Source of the DNA: an uncultured Eubacterium sp.
GTDB lineage: Bacteria; Bacillota; Clostridia; Lachnospirales; Lachnospiraceae
Assembly: GCA_945946665.1 (NCBI GenBank)
Contig: CAMEWO010000010.1
Location: 1,781 to 65,780 of the forward strand
Direction: 5' to 3'
Length of the DNA: 64,000 bases
The translations under genes were made by a program, and so were the position numbers. The notes below the pieces were generated by a model. It worked only from the letters and a program-made list of their open reading frames with translations, was not told the origin of the DNA and did not search any database. This document shows positions 39,441 to 50,768 of the stretch, piece after piece; position 1 is the stretch's first letter, and the number at the start of each line of letters is the position of its first letter.

Positions 39441-39477
39441 AGGACGTGTGGGTCGGCAACAAGCCAAAGGAGCAGGT

Positions 39478-40761
39478 ATGAAAAAAGTATTAGTAAAGAT
39501 GACGGCAATGTGTATGATAGCCGTAATCCTGTCCGTAACAGGATGCCAGGGAGAGAGTGCTGTCAACGTTTCGGAAGAAAAATCAGCAGTTGAGATTCCT
39601 ATGATTCTTACAGTTAATCCTTCTAGTGGTAAGAAGAATGAACAGGCACTTGTAGATGCATTTAATGAGGAGTACAAGGGAAAGTATTATCTTAATGCAG
39701 AATGGATTATGGAGACAGAGGAAGAATACAGACAGAATCTGAAAAGACAGAATGTTACAGATAAGCTTCCGGCAGTAATAACGGATTTGCGCATGCTTCC
39801 ATCATTTTACCAGTTGATGATAAAGGATGGAAGAATTGAGGATTTGTCTCCTTATATCGAAAATGACAGTGAATGGAAAGATATGATAGAACCGGTAGTG
39901 CTGAAGGCCTGCACAGAATCTGATGGAAGTATATATCTTGCACCTCTAAGCACTGCGGCATTTTCCTGCTCTGGTATATTCTGGAACGAGAGTCTGTTTG
40001 AGCAGGCAGGAATCAGGGAGTTTCCAAAGACATGGGATGAATTCTTTGTGTGCTGCAGTAAGCTCAGGCAAAAAGGCATTACGCCTATAGGACTACATAC
40101 AGAAGGAACAGGGTGGGCTGCAATGCTTGTGGCTACAGCTGAGATGGCAGATACGCAGGAAGGAGCGGAATTCATGGAACAGGAATATCCGTCCAGCTAC
40201 AATAATGACAGCGTGTATCACATGGCAGAGACTCTTCAGAGACTGTTCCGGTATACATCTGATGATGCTGTTAATTCAGACTTTGATGTTGCATACAATA
40301 ATTTTATATCAGGTAAGACTGCAATGCTTGCCAACGGATACTGGATGATAGACCAGATACCGAAAGATTTAGTTGGTTCAATCCGGTTTTCTCCATTTCC
40401 GGGAAATAAGCTTATATCCTCTCCTGAGACCTTTGGATGGGCAATTGTATCAGGATGTAGTGAAGAGGTTAAAGAGGGAGCGGTAGAGTTCCTTAAGTTC
40501 AGGACAAGAATGAACATGGAGCAGCGTGAGGAACTGTTCTCTAAGGAAAGTTCAGACATGTCACAGATGTTAAAGGATTATATCAATGCATATAGGAACA
40601 ATCCACAGATTGTTCCTAACTATCAGGTTAAGTGGAATTCAGTTCTTCAGGAAAAAGTGCTGGGAGAGGCATTATCTTCCCTTGCACTGAATAAGATTAC
40701 CACTGCAGAATTCGTGGAGATGATGAACAAGAGTGTTGAAGAGTATATGAGAGAGCAATAA
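39478..40761 (+). CDS. Extracellular solute-binding lipoprotein (family 1)
   Basis: Lipobox VTGC, SBP_bac_1-like blocks; RBS-supported start at 39478. Confidence 0.85.
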   Translation: MKKVLVKMTAMCMIAVILSVTGCQGESAVNVSEEKSAVEIPMILTVNPSSGKKNEQALVDAFNEEYKGKYYLNAEWIMETEEEYRQNLKRQNVTDKLPAVITDLRMLPSFYQLMIKDGRIEDLSPYIENDSEWKDMIEPVVLKACTESDGSIYLAPLSTAAFSCSGIFWNESLFEQAGIREFPKTWDEFFVCCSKLRQKGITPIGLHTEGTGWAAMLVATAEMADTQEGAEFMEQEYPSSYNNDSVYHMAETLQRLFRYTSDDAVNSDFDVAYNNFISGKTAMLANGYWMIDQIPKDLVGSIRFSPFPGNKLISSPETFGWAIVSGCSEEVKEGAVEFLKFRTRMNMEQREELFSKESSDMSQMLKDYINAYRNNPQIVPNYQVKWNSVLQEKVLGEALSSLALNKITTAEFVEMMNKSVEEYMREQ

Positions 40762-40892
40762 ATATTGTTTTTTATACCAAGTATGATTTTTGATAGTTGA
40801 GGTTTTTAATTTGCTAATAGATTTTTAAATTATTTGTTATGATTAACTCACATAAAGAACGTAAGCGTTCTAGAAAAAGGAGAGTTGATATT

Positions 40893-42233
40893 ATGAAGAG
40901 TTTAAAGAGATTACTGGCTGTTGGGCTGGCTACAGTCATGACAGCAGGAATGCTGACAGGATGTGGCGGCAGCGGAAGCCAGACATCAGGAACAGATGGG
41001 GGACAGACACCAACGGGCGGAAAGACTGGTTCTGTTTACTATCTTAACTTCAAACCAGAACAGGATAAGCAGTGGCAGGAACTGGCAGCTGCATACAAGG
41101 CTGAGACAGGAGTAGAGGTAACTGTTGTAACAGCAGCTTCTGGTGAGTATGAGACAACACTTATGAGTGAGATGGGTAAGAGCAGTGCTCCTACACTTTT
41201 CCAGGTAAATGGACCTGTTGGTCTTGCAAACTGGAAGGATTACTGCTATGACCTTACAGGTACACAGGTTTATGGAGAACTTACAAGCCAGGATTATGCA
41301 CTTAAGGACGGAAACAAGGTTGCAGGTATTGCATATGTTATTGAGTCTTACGGAATCATAACTAACAAGAAGCTTCTTGAGAAGGCCGGATACAAGGTTG
41401 AGGATATTAAGTCATTCAAGGATCTTAAGAAGGTTGCTGAAGATATTACAGCCCGTAAAGACCAGCTTGGATTCGCAGCATTTACATCAGCAGGTATGGA
41501 TGGTTCATCTGACTGGAGATTTAAGACACATTTAGCAAACCTCCCTATTTATTTTGAGTACCAGGCAGATAAGATCGGAACCACTGATAAGATTAAGGGT
41601 ACATACCTTGATAACTACCGTGCTATCTGGGATCTGTACATCAACAACAGCACATGCAAGCCTGACAGCCTTGCTGCCAAGACAGGTGATGATTCACGTA
41701 ATGAGTTCCTTGCAAATGAAGCAGTATTCTTCCAGAATGGTTCTTGGGAGTATGGCAACCTTGTAGGAAACGGTAAATTTACAGATTCTGACCTTGCAAT
41801 GATTCCTATCTACATTGGTGTTGGTGACGAGGCTAAACAGGGCCTTTGTACAGGTACAGAGAACTACTGGTGTGTAAATAAGAATGCAGACCCTAATGAT
41901 ATTAAGGCAACTCTTGATTTCATGTACTGGTGTGTAACTTCTGACAAGGGAACAAAAGCAATGGGAACTGATATGGGATTCGTTATTCCATTCAAGAAAG
42001 CAGTTGCTTCTAACAACCTTTTTGTAAAGCAGGATGCTGAGATGACAGCAGCAGGAAAGAAGCCAGTTTCTTGGAACTTCCCAACAATGCCATCTGAAGA
42101 GTGGAAGAATGGTGTTGGCCAGGCATTGACAGCATACGCTGCAAGTCCTTCAGACAGCAGCTGGGATGCAGTTAAGAAGGCATTCGTAGATGGATGGGCA
42201 TCAGAGTATAAGCTTACTAATTCACAGAAATAA
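40893..42233 (+). CDS. Sugar ABC transporter substrate-binding lipoprotein (MsmE-like)
   Basis: Lipobox LTGC, YYLNFKPE, FFQNGSW; strong codon bias. Confidence 0.92.
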   Translation: MKSLKRLLAVGLATVMTAGMLTGCGGSGSQTSGTDGGQTPTGGKTGSVYYLNFKPEQDKQWQELAAAYKAETGVEVTVVTAASGEYETTLMSEMGKSSAPTLFQVNGPVGLANWKDYCYDLTGTQVYGELTSQDYALKDGNKVAGIAYVIESYGIITNKKLLEKAGYKVEDIKSFKDLKKVAEDITARKDQLGFAAFTSAGMDGSSDWRFKTHLANLPIYFEYQADKIGTTDKIKGTYLDNYRAIWDLYINNSTCKPDSLAAKTGDDSRNEFLANEAVFFQNGSWEYGNLVGNGKFTDSDLAMIPIYIGVGDEAKQGLCTGTENYWCVNKNADPNDIKATLDFMYWCVTSDKGTKAMGTDMGFVIPFKKAVASNNLFVKQDAEMTAAGKKPVSWNFPTMPSEEWKNGVGQALTAYAASPSDSSWDAVKKAFVDGWASEYKLTNSQK

Positions 42234-42246
42234 GTTTTTACAGGGC

Positions 42247-42279
42247 GGGCAGGCATGCTGCCTGCCCTGATTTTTTTTA
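42247..42279 (+). terminator. Hairpin between SBP and permease (partial terminator or mRNA stabiliser)
   Basis: gggcaggca-tgc-tgcctgccc followed by T-tract. Confidence 0.65.
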
Positions 42280-42289
42280 GGAGGCTGTT

Positions 42290-43141
42290 ATGCAAAAGAC
42301 TTTAAGACGTTATTGGACGATTTTTTTAATTCCTACTCTTGCAGCCTTCATAATTGGATTTATTATTCCATTTATTGAAGGAATATATCTTTCATTTTGC
42401 AGGTTTACAACAGTTGACAATGCTAAATGGGTAGGACTTGACAATTATAAAGCTATATTAAGCGATGAAACATTCCTTTCTTCTTTTAAATTCACAGTAA
42501 TGTTTGCAGTTGTTGCTATCGTGCTTATTAATGTGGTTGCATTTGCACTGGCCCTGGTTCTTACTAAGGAGATGAAGGGAACTAACATATTCCGTACAGT
42601 ATTCTTCATGCCTAATCTGATTGGTGGTATTGTACTGGGATATATCTGGCAGATTCTTTTAAACTGTATTCTTTCTCTGGCAGGAAAACCACTTCTTGCA
42701 CTTAATTCAACAGCAGGTTACTGGGGACTTATTATTCTTACATGCTGGCAGCAGATAGGATACATGATGATAATATACATTGCAGGTCTTCAGGGTGTGC
42801 CCCTTGATGTTATTGAGGCTGCCAAGATTGATGGAGCCAGCAAATGGCAGACACTTATTCATGTTAAACTGCCAATGGTTATGCCAAGCATAACAATCTG
42901 TACATTCCTTACTCTGACTAATGCATTTAAGCTGTTTGACCAGAACCTTGCCCTGACAGGTGGTAATCCTAACCATACTACTGAGATGCTGGCACTTAAC
43001 ATTTATAATACATTCTATGCAAGATCCGGACCTATGTTTAAGGGATATGGTCAGGCAAAGGCAGTTGTGTTCTGTATACTTGTAGTTGCAATATCACTGA
43101 TACAGTTAAGAGCATCACGTAAGAAGGAGGTACAGCAGTAA
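42290..43141 (+). CDS. Carbohydrate ABC permease
   Basis: EAA motif EAAKIDGAS, TM helices. Confidence 0.93.
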   Translation: MQKTLRRYWTIFLIPTLAAFIIGFIIPFIEGIYLSFCRFTTVDNAKWVGLDNYKAILSDETFLSSFKFTVMFAVVAIVLINVVAFALALVLTKEMKGTNIFRTVFFMPNLIGGIVLGYIWQILLNCILSLAGKPLLALNSTAGYWGLIILTCWQQIGYMMIIYIAGLQGVPLDVIEAAKIDGASKWQTLIHVKLPMVMPSITICTFLTLTNAFKLFDQNLALTGGNPNHTTEMLALNIYNTFYARSGPMFKGYGQAKAVVFCILVVAISLIQLRASRKKEVQQ

Positions 43142-43983
43142 TGAGAACGAAAAAGAGTATAAAAAATGCAATATATACAATTTTACTTATTGTTGCATCC
43201 GTCGGATGGGTGTATCCTGTTATTATGATCTTCCTTAATTCCTTAAAACAGGAAACTGCAATCAGTACAGATTCGGCATTTAAGCTTCCAACAGCAGAGA
43301 CATTTGCAGGAGTTGAGAATTACATTAATGCTGTTACATCAAAGGGATTCCTTACAAGCCTTGGATACAGCGTGCTTATCACAATAACCTCAGTGGCTGC
43401 CATAATATTCTGCTGTTCTATGTGTGCATGGTTTATTACAAGGTCTAAGGGAAGATTTTCAAAGATGGTATATTATCTGTGTGCTCTTTCTATGGTAGTG
43501 CCTTTCCAGATGGTAATGTTCACACTGTCACAGACTGCAGATAAGCTCCATCTTAATACGCCTTATACTATCTGGATAATCTATCTTGGATTTGGTTCGG
43601 GACTGGCAGTATTTATGTTCTGCGGATTCGTTAAATCAATTCCTTTAGAAATCGAGGAGGCAGCATTAATTGACGGATGTAATCCACTCCAGACATTTTT
43701 CCATGTAGTAGTTCCTATGTTGAAGCCTACTATGATTTCAGTCGGCGTCCTTGAAGCTATGTGGGTATGGAATGATTATCTTCTTCCAACACTGGTACTT
43801 GATATTAAAAAATATAAGACCATACCAATGCTTATCCAGTACTTCAGGGGAAGCTACGGAAAAGTTGAGATGGGACCTATGATGGCAAGTATTATGATGA
43901 CAATTATCCCAATTATTATTGTATATATTTGCGGACAGAAGTATATTATTAAAGGTGTTGCTGACGGTGCTGTAAAGGGCTGA
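43141..43983 (+). CDS. Carbohydrate ABC permease
   Basis: EEAALIDGC, WVWNDYLLP. Confidence 0.93.
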   Translation: MRTKKSIKNAIYTILLIVASVGWVYPVIMIFLNSLKQETAISTDSAFKLPTAETFAGVENYINAVTSKGFLTSLGYSVLITITSVAAIIFCCSMCAWFITRSKGRFSKMVYYLCALSMVVPFQMVMFTLSQTADKLHLNTPYTIWIIYLGFGSGLAVFMFCGFVKSIPLEIEEAALIDGCNPLQTFFHVVVPMLKPTMISVGVLEAMWVWNDYLLPTLVLDIKKYKTIPMLIQYFRGSYGKVEMGPMMASIMMTIIPIIIVYICGQKYIIKGVADGAVKG

Positions 43984-44008
43984 TTATTTTTACTGAAAGG
44001 GAAATAAT

Positions 44009-45505
44009 ATGAGACAAAGTGGAATACTTTTACCAATATCGGCTTTGCCATCTGAATATGGAATAGGCTGTTTTTCAAAAGAAGCTTATGAGTTCGTTGA
44101 TATTCTTAACCAATGCGGACAGTCCCTGTGGCAGATACTGCCACTTGGGCCTACCGGATTCGGGGATTCTCCTTATCAGTCTTTTTCTTCTTTTGCAGGA
44201 AATCCTTATTATATTGACCTTGAAAAGCTTATCAAAGATGGCTTATTAACAAAGGATGAGTGTGATAAGGCTGATTTTGGTGATGGTAAGATAATTGACT
44301 ATGAGAAGCTGTATAACAGCAGATTTATCTTATTACGTGCCGCCTATGAGCGGGCAAAGAAGTCAGGAGTAATGGAATCTCCTGAGTATTCACATTTTTT
44401 GAATGATAATGGATACTGGCTCAATGATTACAGTTTATTCATGGCTGTAAAGAATGAAAACGGTGGAAAATGCTGGACAGAATGGGATTCAGATATCCGC
44501 TTAAGGAAGCCGGAGGCTGTAGTAGAATACCGTAACAGGCTTAAGGACGATATTGAGTTCCAGTGCTATATGCAGTACCTGTTTTATTGCCAGTGGAAGG
44601 AATTAAAGGAATATGCTAATATTAAGGGGATTAAGATAGTAGGAGATATTCCGATATATGTGGCAATGGACAGTTCTGATGCCTGGGCAGCCCCAAAACA
44701 GTTCCAACTGGATGAGGAAAATATGCCTATAGAGGTTGCAGGGTGTCCTCCTGACGGGTTCTCAGCAGATGGACAGCTGTGGGGTAATCCACTGTATGAC
44801 TGGGAGTATCATAAGAAGACAGATTTCCAGTGGTGGACCAGGAGAATGGAGCAGTGCATGGATCTGTATGATATGATAAGGATTGATCATTTCAGGGGAT
44901 TTGACGAGTACTATGCAATTCCATATGGTGAGAAAACCGCAGTAAATGGCAGATGGAAAAAGGGTCCTGGATTAGACCTTTTTGAAGCTATTAAGGAAAA
45001 ACTGGGTGAACTGCCTATTATCGCGGAAGATCTGGGCTTTGTCACAGACAGTGTAAGGAAGCTGTTAAAGGATTGTGGTTTCCCTGGAATGAAGGTTCTC
45101 CAGTTTGCATTTGACTCAAGGGAGGAAAGTGATTATCTTCCTCACAACTATGAGAGAAACTGTGTTGTATATACCGGAACACACGATAACAACACATTGC
45201 TTGGCTGGTATGAAGAATTGGATGAATCGGACAGGAAAATGTCACAGGAGTATCTGAATAATAACTGGACTCCTGGTAATGAGATTCATTGGGATTTCAT
45301 TGGCCTTGCAATGAGAAGTGTTGCAGATATATGCGTTATTCCGGCTCAGGATTATCTTGGAATTGGAGCAGAGGGAAGAATTAACACACCATCCACTCTG
45401 GGTGGAAACTGGGTATACCGCATTAAGCTGGATGCCTTTGACAACAGCCTCATAAGCAGAATCAGGAGACTTACACAGATATGTGGAAGACTATCCGGAA
45501 AGTAA
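44009..45505 (+). CDS. malQ: 4-alpha-glucanotransferase (GH77)
   Basis: WQILPLGP, GDIPIYV, RIDHFRG, IAEDLG, YTGTHDN. Confidence 0.95.
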   Translation: MRQSGILLPISALPSEYGIGCFSKEAYEFVDILNQCGQSLWQILPLGPTGFGDSPYQSFSSFAGNPYYIDLEKLIKDGLLTKDECDKADFGDGKIIDYEKLYNSRFILLRAAYERAKKSGVMESPEYSHFLNDNGYWLNDYSLFMAVKNENGGKCWTEWDSDIRLRKPEAVVEYRNRLKDDIEFQCYMQYLFYCQWKELKEYANIKGIKIVGDIPIYVAMDSSDAWAAPKQFQLDEENMPIEVAGCPPDGFSADGQLWGNPLYDWEYHKKTDFQWWTRRMEQCMDLYDMIRIDHFRGFDEYYAIPYGEKTAVNGRWKKGPGLDLFEAIKEKLGELPIIAEDLGFVTDSVRKLLKDCGFPGMKVLQFAFDSREESDYLPHNYERNCVVYTGTHDNNTLLGWYEELDESDRKMSQEYLNNNWTPGNEIHWDFIGLAMRSVADICVIPAQDYLGIGAEGRINTPSTLGGNWVYRIKLDAFDNSLISRIRRLTQICGRLSGK

Positions 45506-45521
45506 AAGGGAGTAGGATTTT

Positions 45522-47774
45522 ATGGATTTAAAGAGTAGAATTGAACAGCGTTTAGGAACAACAATTGACAGAGCAGATGACAGAGCATTATATTATGCAC
45601 TTCTTGGACTTGTTAAGGAAATGTGCCATGAAAAGGAAACTGTGAAGGGTTCCAGAAAATTATATTACATTTCTGCTGAATTCCTTATTGGAAAGCTTTT
45701 ATCTAATAATCTTATAAACCTTGGAATCTATGATGAGGTTAAGAGTATATTAAGCCAGAATGGAAAATCTATTGAAGCTGTGGAGGAGATTGAACCAGAA
45801 CCTTCATTGGGTAATGGAGGCCTTGGAAGACTTGCAGCCTGCTTTATTGATTCTATGGCAACACTTGGCCTTAATGGAGAAGGTGTAGGACTTAATTATC
45901 ACTATGGTCTGTTTAAGCAGTGTTTCAGGGATAATAAGCAGAGGGAAGAGAAGAACCCATGGATTGAGAAGGAAAGCTGGCTTACTAATACAGGAGTCCA
46001 TTTTAATGTGCAGTTTAAGGATTTTTCAGTGCAGTCTACTTTATATGACATTGATGTTCCTGGCTATGAAAATGGCGTGAATAAGCTTCATTTGTTCGAT
46101 GTTGATACATTAGATGAATCTCTTGTGGGTGATGGCATTGATTTTGACAAGAGAAACATCCAGAAGAACCTGACACTGTTCCTTTATCCTGATGACAGCG
46201 ATAAGGCAGGACAGCTCCTTAGAATATACCAGCAGTATTTCATGGTCAGCAATGCTGCAAGGCTGATTCTTAAGGAAATGGATGACAAGGGATATGATAT
46301 CCGTACTCTTTCAGAGCATGTGGTTATCCAGATTAATGATACTCACCCTTCAATGGTAATTCCAGAGATGATCCGACTGATGATGGAGAGAGGCGTTGGT
46401 TTTGATGAAGCAGCAGATATTGTATCAAGGACATGTGCCTATACAAATCACACAATTCTTGCCGAAGCCCTGGAAAAGTGGCCTGTTTCTTATCTTGAGG
46501 AGGTTGTTCCACATCTGCTTCCAATAATCAGAAGGCTGGATGAGAAGGTGAGAGGCAGGTATAATGATGAACGCCTTGCAATCATTGACAGTCAGAACCG
46601 TGTTCATATGGCACATATGGATATTCATTACGGATTTTCTGTAAATGGTGTTGCAGCACTTCACACAGATATATTAAAGCAGTCTGAGCTTAAGCAGTTC
46701 TATGACATATATCCTTGGAAATTTAATAATAAGACTAACGGTATTACATTCAGACGCTGGCTTATGCACTGTAATCCTGAACTTTCCGGTTATATCACAG
46801 AGCTGATTGGTGATGAGTGGAAAAAGGACGCATCAAAATTAACAGAATTACTGAAATATAAGGACGATGAGAATGTATTGAAGCGTCTCATTGAGATAAA
46901 ATCAGCAAGAAAAGCAGAGCTTAGTGATTATCTTAAGAGAACACAGGGAATAACTATATCTGCAGATTCAATATATGATATCCAGATAAAGAGACTTCAT
47001 GAATATAAGCGTCAGCAGATGAATGCCCTGTATGTAATATACAAATACAAAGAGATTAAGGCAGGAAGACTGCCTAAAACTCCGATTACAATGATATTTG
47101 GCGCTAAGGCAGCTCCTGCATACACAATTGCAAAGGATATTATTCATCTTATCCTCTGTCTGCAGCAGCTTATTAATAACGACCCACAGGTAAGTCCTTA
47201 TCTGAAGGTTATTATGGCTGAAAATTACAACGTTACACTGGCAGAACAGCTTATACCTGCCTGTGATATATCTGAGCAGATATCACTGGCATCCAAGGAA
47301 GCCAGCGGAACAGGTAATATGAAGTTCATGCTGAATGGAGCAGTTACACTGGGAACCATGGATGGAGCCAATGTGGAGATTCATGACCTTGTTGGAGATG
47401 ACAACATATACATTTTTGGTAAATCAAGTAATGAAGTTATCAATCTGTATAATACCAGAGGATATCATCCAACAGACTATTATGATAAGGATGAGACAAT
47501 AACTGAGCTTGTTGATTTCATTATCAGTAAGGATATGATAAGAATCGGAGATCCTGAGAATCTCTGCCGTCTGTATAAGGAAATGATTAATAAAGACTGG
47601 TTTATGACTCTTCTTGATGTGAAGGAATATATTGCTGTGAAGGAGCGCATGCTTAATGATTATGAAGACCATATGGCATGGGCATCTAAAATGCTTGTGA
47701 ATACAGCAAAGGCAGGATTCTTCTCATCAGACAGAACTATAGACGAGTATAACAGGGATATCTGGAAATTGTAG
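45522..47774 (+). CDS. glgP: Maltodextrin/glycogen phosphorylase (GT35)
   Basis: [39 protein letters not shown]. Confidence 0.95.
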   Translation: MDLKSRIEQRLGTTIDRADDRALYYALLGLVKEMCHEKETVKGSRKLYYISAEFLIGKLLSNNLINLGIYDEVKSILSQNGKSIEAVEEIEPEPSLGNGGLGRLAACFIDSMATLGLNGEGVGLNYHYGLFKQCFRDNKQREEKNPWIEKESWLTNTGVHFNVQFKDFSVQSTLYDIDVPGYENGVNKLHLFDVDTLDESLVGDGIDFDKRNIQKNLTLFLYPDDSDKAGQLLRIYQQYFMVSNAARLILKEMDDKGYDIRTLSEHVVIQINDTHPSMVIPEMIRLMMERGVGFDEAADIVSRTCAYTNHTILAEALEKWPVSYLEEVVPHLLPIIRRLDEKVRGRYNDERLAIIDSQNRVHMAHMDIHYGFSVNGVAALHTDILKQSELKQFYDIYPWKFNNKTNGITFRRWLMHCNPELSGYITELIGDEWKKDASKLTELLKYKDDENVLKRLIEIKSARKAELSDYLKRTQGITISADSIYDIQIKRLHEYKRQQMNALYVIYKYKEIKAGRLPKTPITMIFGAKAAPAYTIAKDIIHLILCLQQLINNDPQVSPYLKVIMAENYNVTLAEQLIPACDISEQISLASKEASGTGNMKFMLNGAVTLGTMDGANVEIHDLVGDDNIYIFGKSSNEVINLYNTRGYHPTDYYDKDETITELVDFIISKDMIRIGDPENLCRLYKEMINKDWFMTLLDVKEYIAVKERMLNDYEDHMAWASKMLVNTAKAGFFSSDRTIDEYNRDIWKL

Positions 47775-47851
47775 TCTGGTTTATTAATTTACTAATGCGG
47801 AACAGTAAATATTGCTGCATAACAGCTGTAATAAAAGCTGTATAAATGTTT

Positions 47852-47894
47852 GGGGCGGTGTACCATGATTAGTACACCGCCCCGGCTTTTTTTT
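47852..47894 (+). terminator. Intrinsic terminator of the maltodextrin operon
   Basis: ggggcggtgtac-catgatta-gtacaccgcccc followed by T-tract. Confidence 0.8.
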
Positions 47895-48090
47895 TAGAAT
47901 CTCTTTATCTTTTTTGTTGTGTTCTTTTCAAATTCTGTCTCACGGACTTTAAGACTGTAGACCTTCTTGTATGAAGGGACGTTCTTATTGTACTCATCTA
48001 TTATTTTCTGAAGTTCGCTCTGTAAATCTTTTATCTTTTTCTTTTTAGCATATTCGTAGTCTGGGAATATCTGCCGGAACACTGGATTAC
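47894..48090 (-). pseudogene. C-terminal remnant of a long-chain acyl-CoA synthetase (AMP-binding)
   Basis: IFPDYEY...IIDEYNKNVPSYKKV..VRETEFEKNTTKKIKR matches a FadD-type C-terminus; catalytic body absent. Confidence 0.55.
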
Positions 48091-48174
48091 CTGTCTCTGA
48101 TAGTATAGGCAGTAGTATTGAAAAACATATATTACAGGTGTATAATATATACACAGTAATCTTTCAGGAAAGGG

Positions 48175-48708
48175 GTGGAGTGCATGACGATAGGTGGTTT
48201 AACAGGTGGCTATGGAAGTTTCGGTTACATGAACACTGCCATGAATACAGGCACCACGGGGAGCACTGCTTCCGCTTCTGGTACCCAGGATGTCAGTAAA
48301 GCCTCTTCTAATCCTGATGAGGTTAAGAAGCCGGGAAGGCGTTCTTCTCCTGCAGAGTGTGAAACATGTAAGAGCCGGAAGTATCAGGATGGTTCTGATG
48401 AGAGTAACGTTTCTTTTAAGGCAGCAGCCCATGTATCTCCAGAATCAGCAGGGGCTGCAGTAAGAGCCCATGAAGGACAGCATGTATCCAATGCATATAA
48501 GAAGGCTGCACAGAAGAATGGAGAGGTTGTTAACGCATCTGTATCAATACATACTGCTGTATGTCCGGAGTGTGGACGTACTTATGTATCCGGTGGAACA
48601 ACTAATACAACTATTAAGTACAGCAATGAAAGCAATCCATATACCCAGAATAAGAAGGCTCTTGATGCCATGATGCTTACAGGAGCTAATGTGGATTATG
48701 CAAGCTGA
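48175..48708 (+). CDS. Hypothetical protein, SprA-related-like (HExxH plus two CxxC)
   Basis: CETC, VRAHEGQH, CPECG; S/T/G-rich N-terminus. Confidence 0.6.
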   Translation: MECMTIGGLTGGYGSFGYMNTAMNTGTTGSTASASGTQDVSKASSNPDEVKKPGRRSSPAECETCKSRKYQDGSDESNVSFKAAAHVSPESAGAAVRAHEGQHVSNAYKKAAQKNGEVVNASVSIHTAVCPECGRTYVSGGTTNTTIKYSNESNPYTQNKKALDAMMLTGANVDYAS

Positions 48709-48741
48709 TATACATTTTTAATAATAACAGGAGGCTTAGAT

Positions 48742-49194
48742 ATGTTAGAGACAGGAACTAAAGCACCAGATTTTGAACTTCCTGATCAGAATGGACAGAT
48801 GCACAGACTGTCTGATTACAGGGGAAAGAAAGTTATATTATATTTTTATCCTAAGGATAATACTCCAGGATGTACTAAGCAGGCATGCGGATTCTCAGAG
48901 AGGCTGCCTTTGTTTCTTGAAAAAGGTGCGGTTGTACTTGGGGTAAGCAAAGATTCAGTGGAATCACATAAGCGTTTTGAGGAGAAGCAGAATCTTGCAT
49001 TTACCATACTTTCTGATCCTGAACGAAAAGTAATTGAGGCTTATGATGTGTGGAAAGAGAAGAAAAACTATGGAAAAGTATCTATGGGTGTAGTACGTAC
49101 CACATATCTTATTGATGAGAACGGCATTATAATCAAGGCTAATGATAAGGTCAAAGCAGCAGATGACCCTGAAAATATGCTGAAACAGTTATAG
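48742..49194 (+). CDS. bcp: Thioredoxin-dependent peroxiredoxin Bcp
   Basis: YFYPKDNTPGCTKQAC. Confidence 0.95.
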   Translation: MLETGTKAPDFELPDQNGQMHRLSDYRGKKVILYFYPKDNTPGCTKQACGFSERLPLFLEKGAVVLGVSKDSVESHKRFEEKQNLAFTILSDPERKVIEAYDVWKEKKNYGKVSMGVVRTTYLIDENGIIIKANDKVKAADDPENMLKQL

Positions 49195-49216
49195 TTTTCT
49201 GGTATAGTAATAATGT

Positions 49217-49255
49217 GACCTCCATCTGACAAAAAAGTTAGATGGAGGTCTTTTT
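49217..49255. terminator. Terminator between convergent bcp and MATE
   Basis: gacctccatct...agatggaggtc followed by T-tract. Confidence 0.75.
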
Positions 49256-50582
49256 ATGCGTAGTGATATCTCTTCCTGTACTTAATCAGGCAGGTAACGG
49301 TTACCAGAAGAGTAAGGGCTTCAGCTACAACCACTGCACTCCATATACCATTCAGTCCATAGACAGCGGGAAGAATAAGCACAGCGCCAATCTGGAATAC
49401 AAGTGTTCTAAGGAAAGATATAACAGCTGAGATTACTCCGTTATTAAGTGCTGTAAAGAAAGATGAACCGAATATATCAAATCCGTTGATAAGGAAAACT
49501 AAAGCATATATTCTGAATCCCTGCCGTGTTAAATTAAGAAGAGCTTCATCATAGCCTACAAACATTTTTGAGAGAGGGGCGTTGAGAAGCTGGGCTAAGG
49601 TGGCAAGGCATATACCCCATATTGCTACAAGGGTGAGACTTTTCTTAAACATGTTTTTTAACTCGTTATGGTTGCCAGCTCCATAGTTGTAGCTGATAAT
49701 TGGAGCACTTCCCATAGAGTATCCAATGTAAATTGCCACAAATATGAAGTTGACATACATAATAAAGCCATAAGCCGCAACGCCGTTCTCACCGGCGAAT
49801 CTCATGAGCTGCAGATTGTACAGTGAGTTTACTATTGAACTGGAAATATTAGTCATAAGCTCTGATGAACCATTGATACATGTATAGTAAAGGGTTCTTC
49901 CATAGAATCTGGTCTTTCCGAGTTTAAGCAGGCTGGAATTCTTTCTTCCAAAATACAGTAAAGGTGCAAATCCCCCCAGCATCTCTCCACACACAGTGGC
50001 AATTGCTGCACCGGTCAATCCAAATCCAAGGATTGCAACTAACACAATATCCAGTATAATATTAGTAAATCCTGATAACAGAATGAAGCAAAGGCCAACC
50101 TTTGGCTTTTCGGCAGTGACAAAGAAGCTCTGGAATACATTTTGCAGCATGAAAGCAGGAAGAGAGATAAAGTTAATTCTGGCATACAGTATTGAGTTGG
50201 ACAGGAGTTCACCCTGGGCACCTAAAGCTTTTGCAATGTGAGGAACCAGAAGAGAACCTGCAATGGAAAGAATTATGCCGAGAATGATGGTAGCGTATAC
50301 CAGCATGGAAAAATATTCATTGGCTTTTTCCTTCTTTCCCTCACCAAATGTTTTTGCAACAATGGCGCTGCCTCCTGTACCAATCATGAATCCAAAGGAT
50401 GCCAGTCCCATTACAATTGGCAGGATAAGATTAATTGAAGCCAAGGCAGTTTTGCCTGCAAAATTAGACACAAAGAACCCGTCCACAATGTTATAAATTG
50501 ACGTAAAAATCATCATAACAATTGATGGAATGACAAACCGAAGCAGCTTTTTATAAGTAAAATGTTCTGATAACTGAATCAT
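49254..50582 (-). CDS. MATE family efflux transporter
   Basis: IYNIVDGFFVSNFAG, 12 TM pattern. Confidence 0.92.
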   Translation of the reverse strand: MIQLSEHFTYKKLLRFVIPSIVMMIFTSIYNIVDGFFVSNFAGKTALASINLILPIVMGLASFGFMIGTGGSAIVAKTFGEGKKEKANEYFSMLVYATIILGIILSIAGSLLVPHIAKALGAQGELLSNSILYARINFISLPAFMLQNVFQSFFVTAEKPKVGLCFILLSGFTNIILDIVLVAILGFGLTGAAIATVCGEMLGGFAPLLYFGRKNSSLLKLGKTRFYGRTLYYTCINGSSELMTNISSSIVNSLYNLQLMRFAGENGVAAYGFIMYVNFIFVAIYIGYSMGSAPIISYNYGAGNHNELKNMFKKSLTLVAIWGICLATLAQLLNAPLSKMFVGYDEALLNLTRQGFRIYALVFLINGFDIFGSSFFTALNNGVISAVISFLRTLVFQIGAVLILPAVYGLNGIWSAVVVAEALTLLVTVTCLIKYRKRYHYA

Positions 50583-50768
50583 TGTTAATCTCCTAATTAA
50601 AAAATGTTGTGATTCTTAATTAGTATTGACGAAAAAAATTAATAAATCACATTCTAAGCATATGAATATTAAGCATAATACTATATAGAATAAAAGTCAA
50701 TATGAAATATATTGTGATTATCAAGGAATATACCATTATTGAAAGTTTACATGTAAAATGGAGGATAT

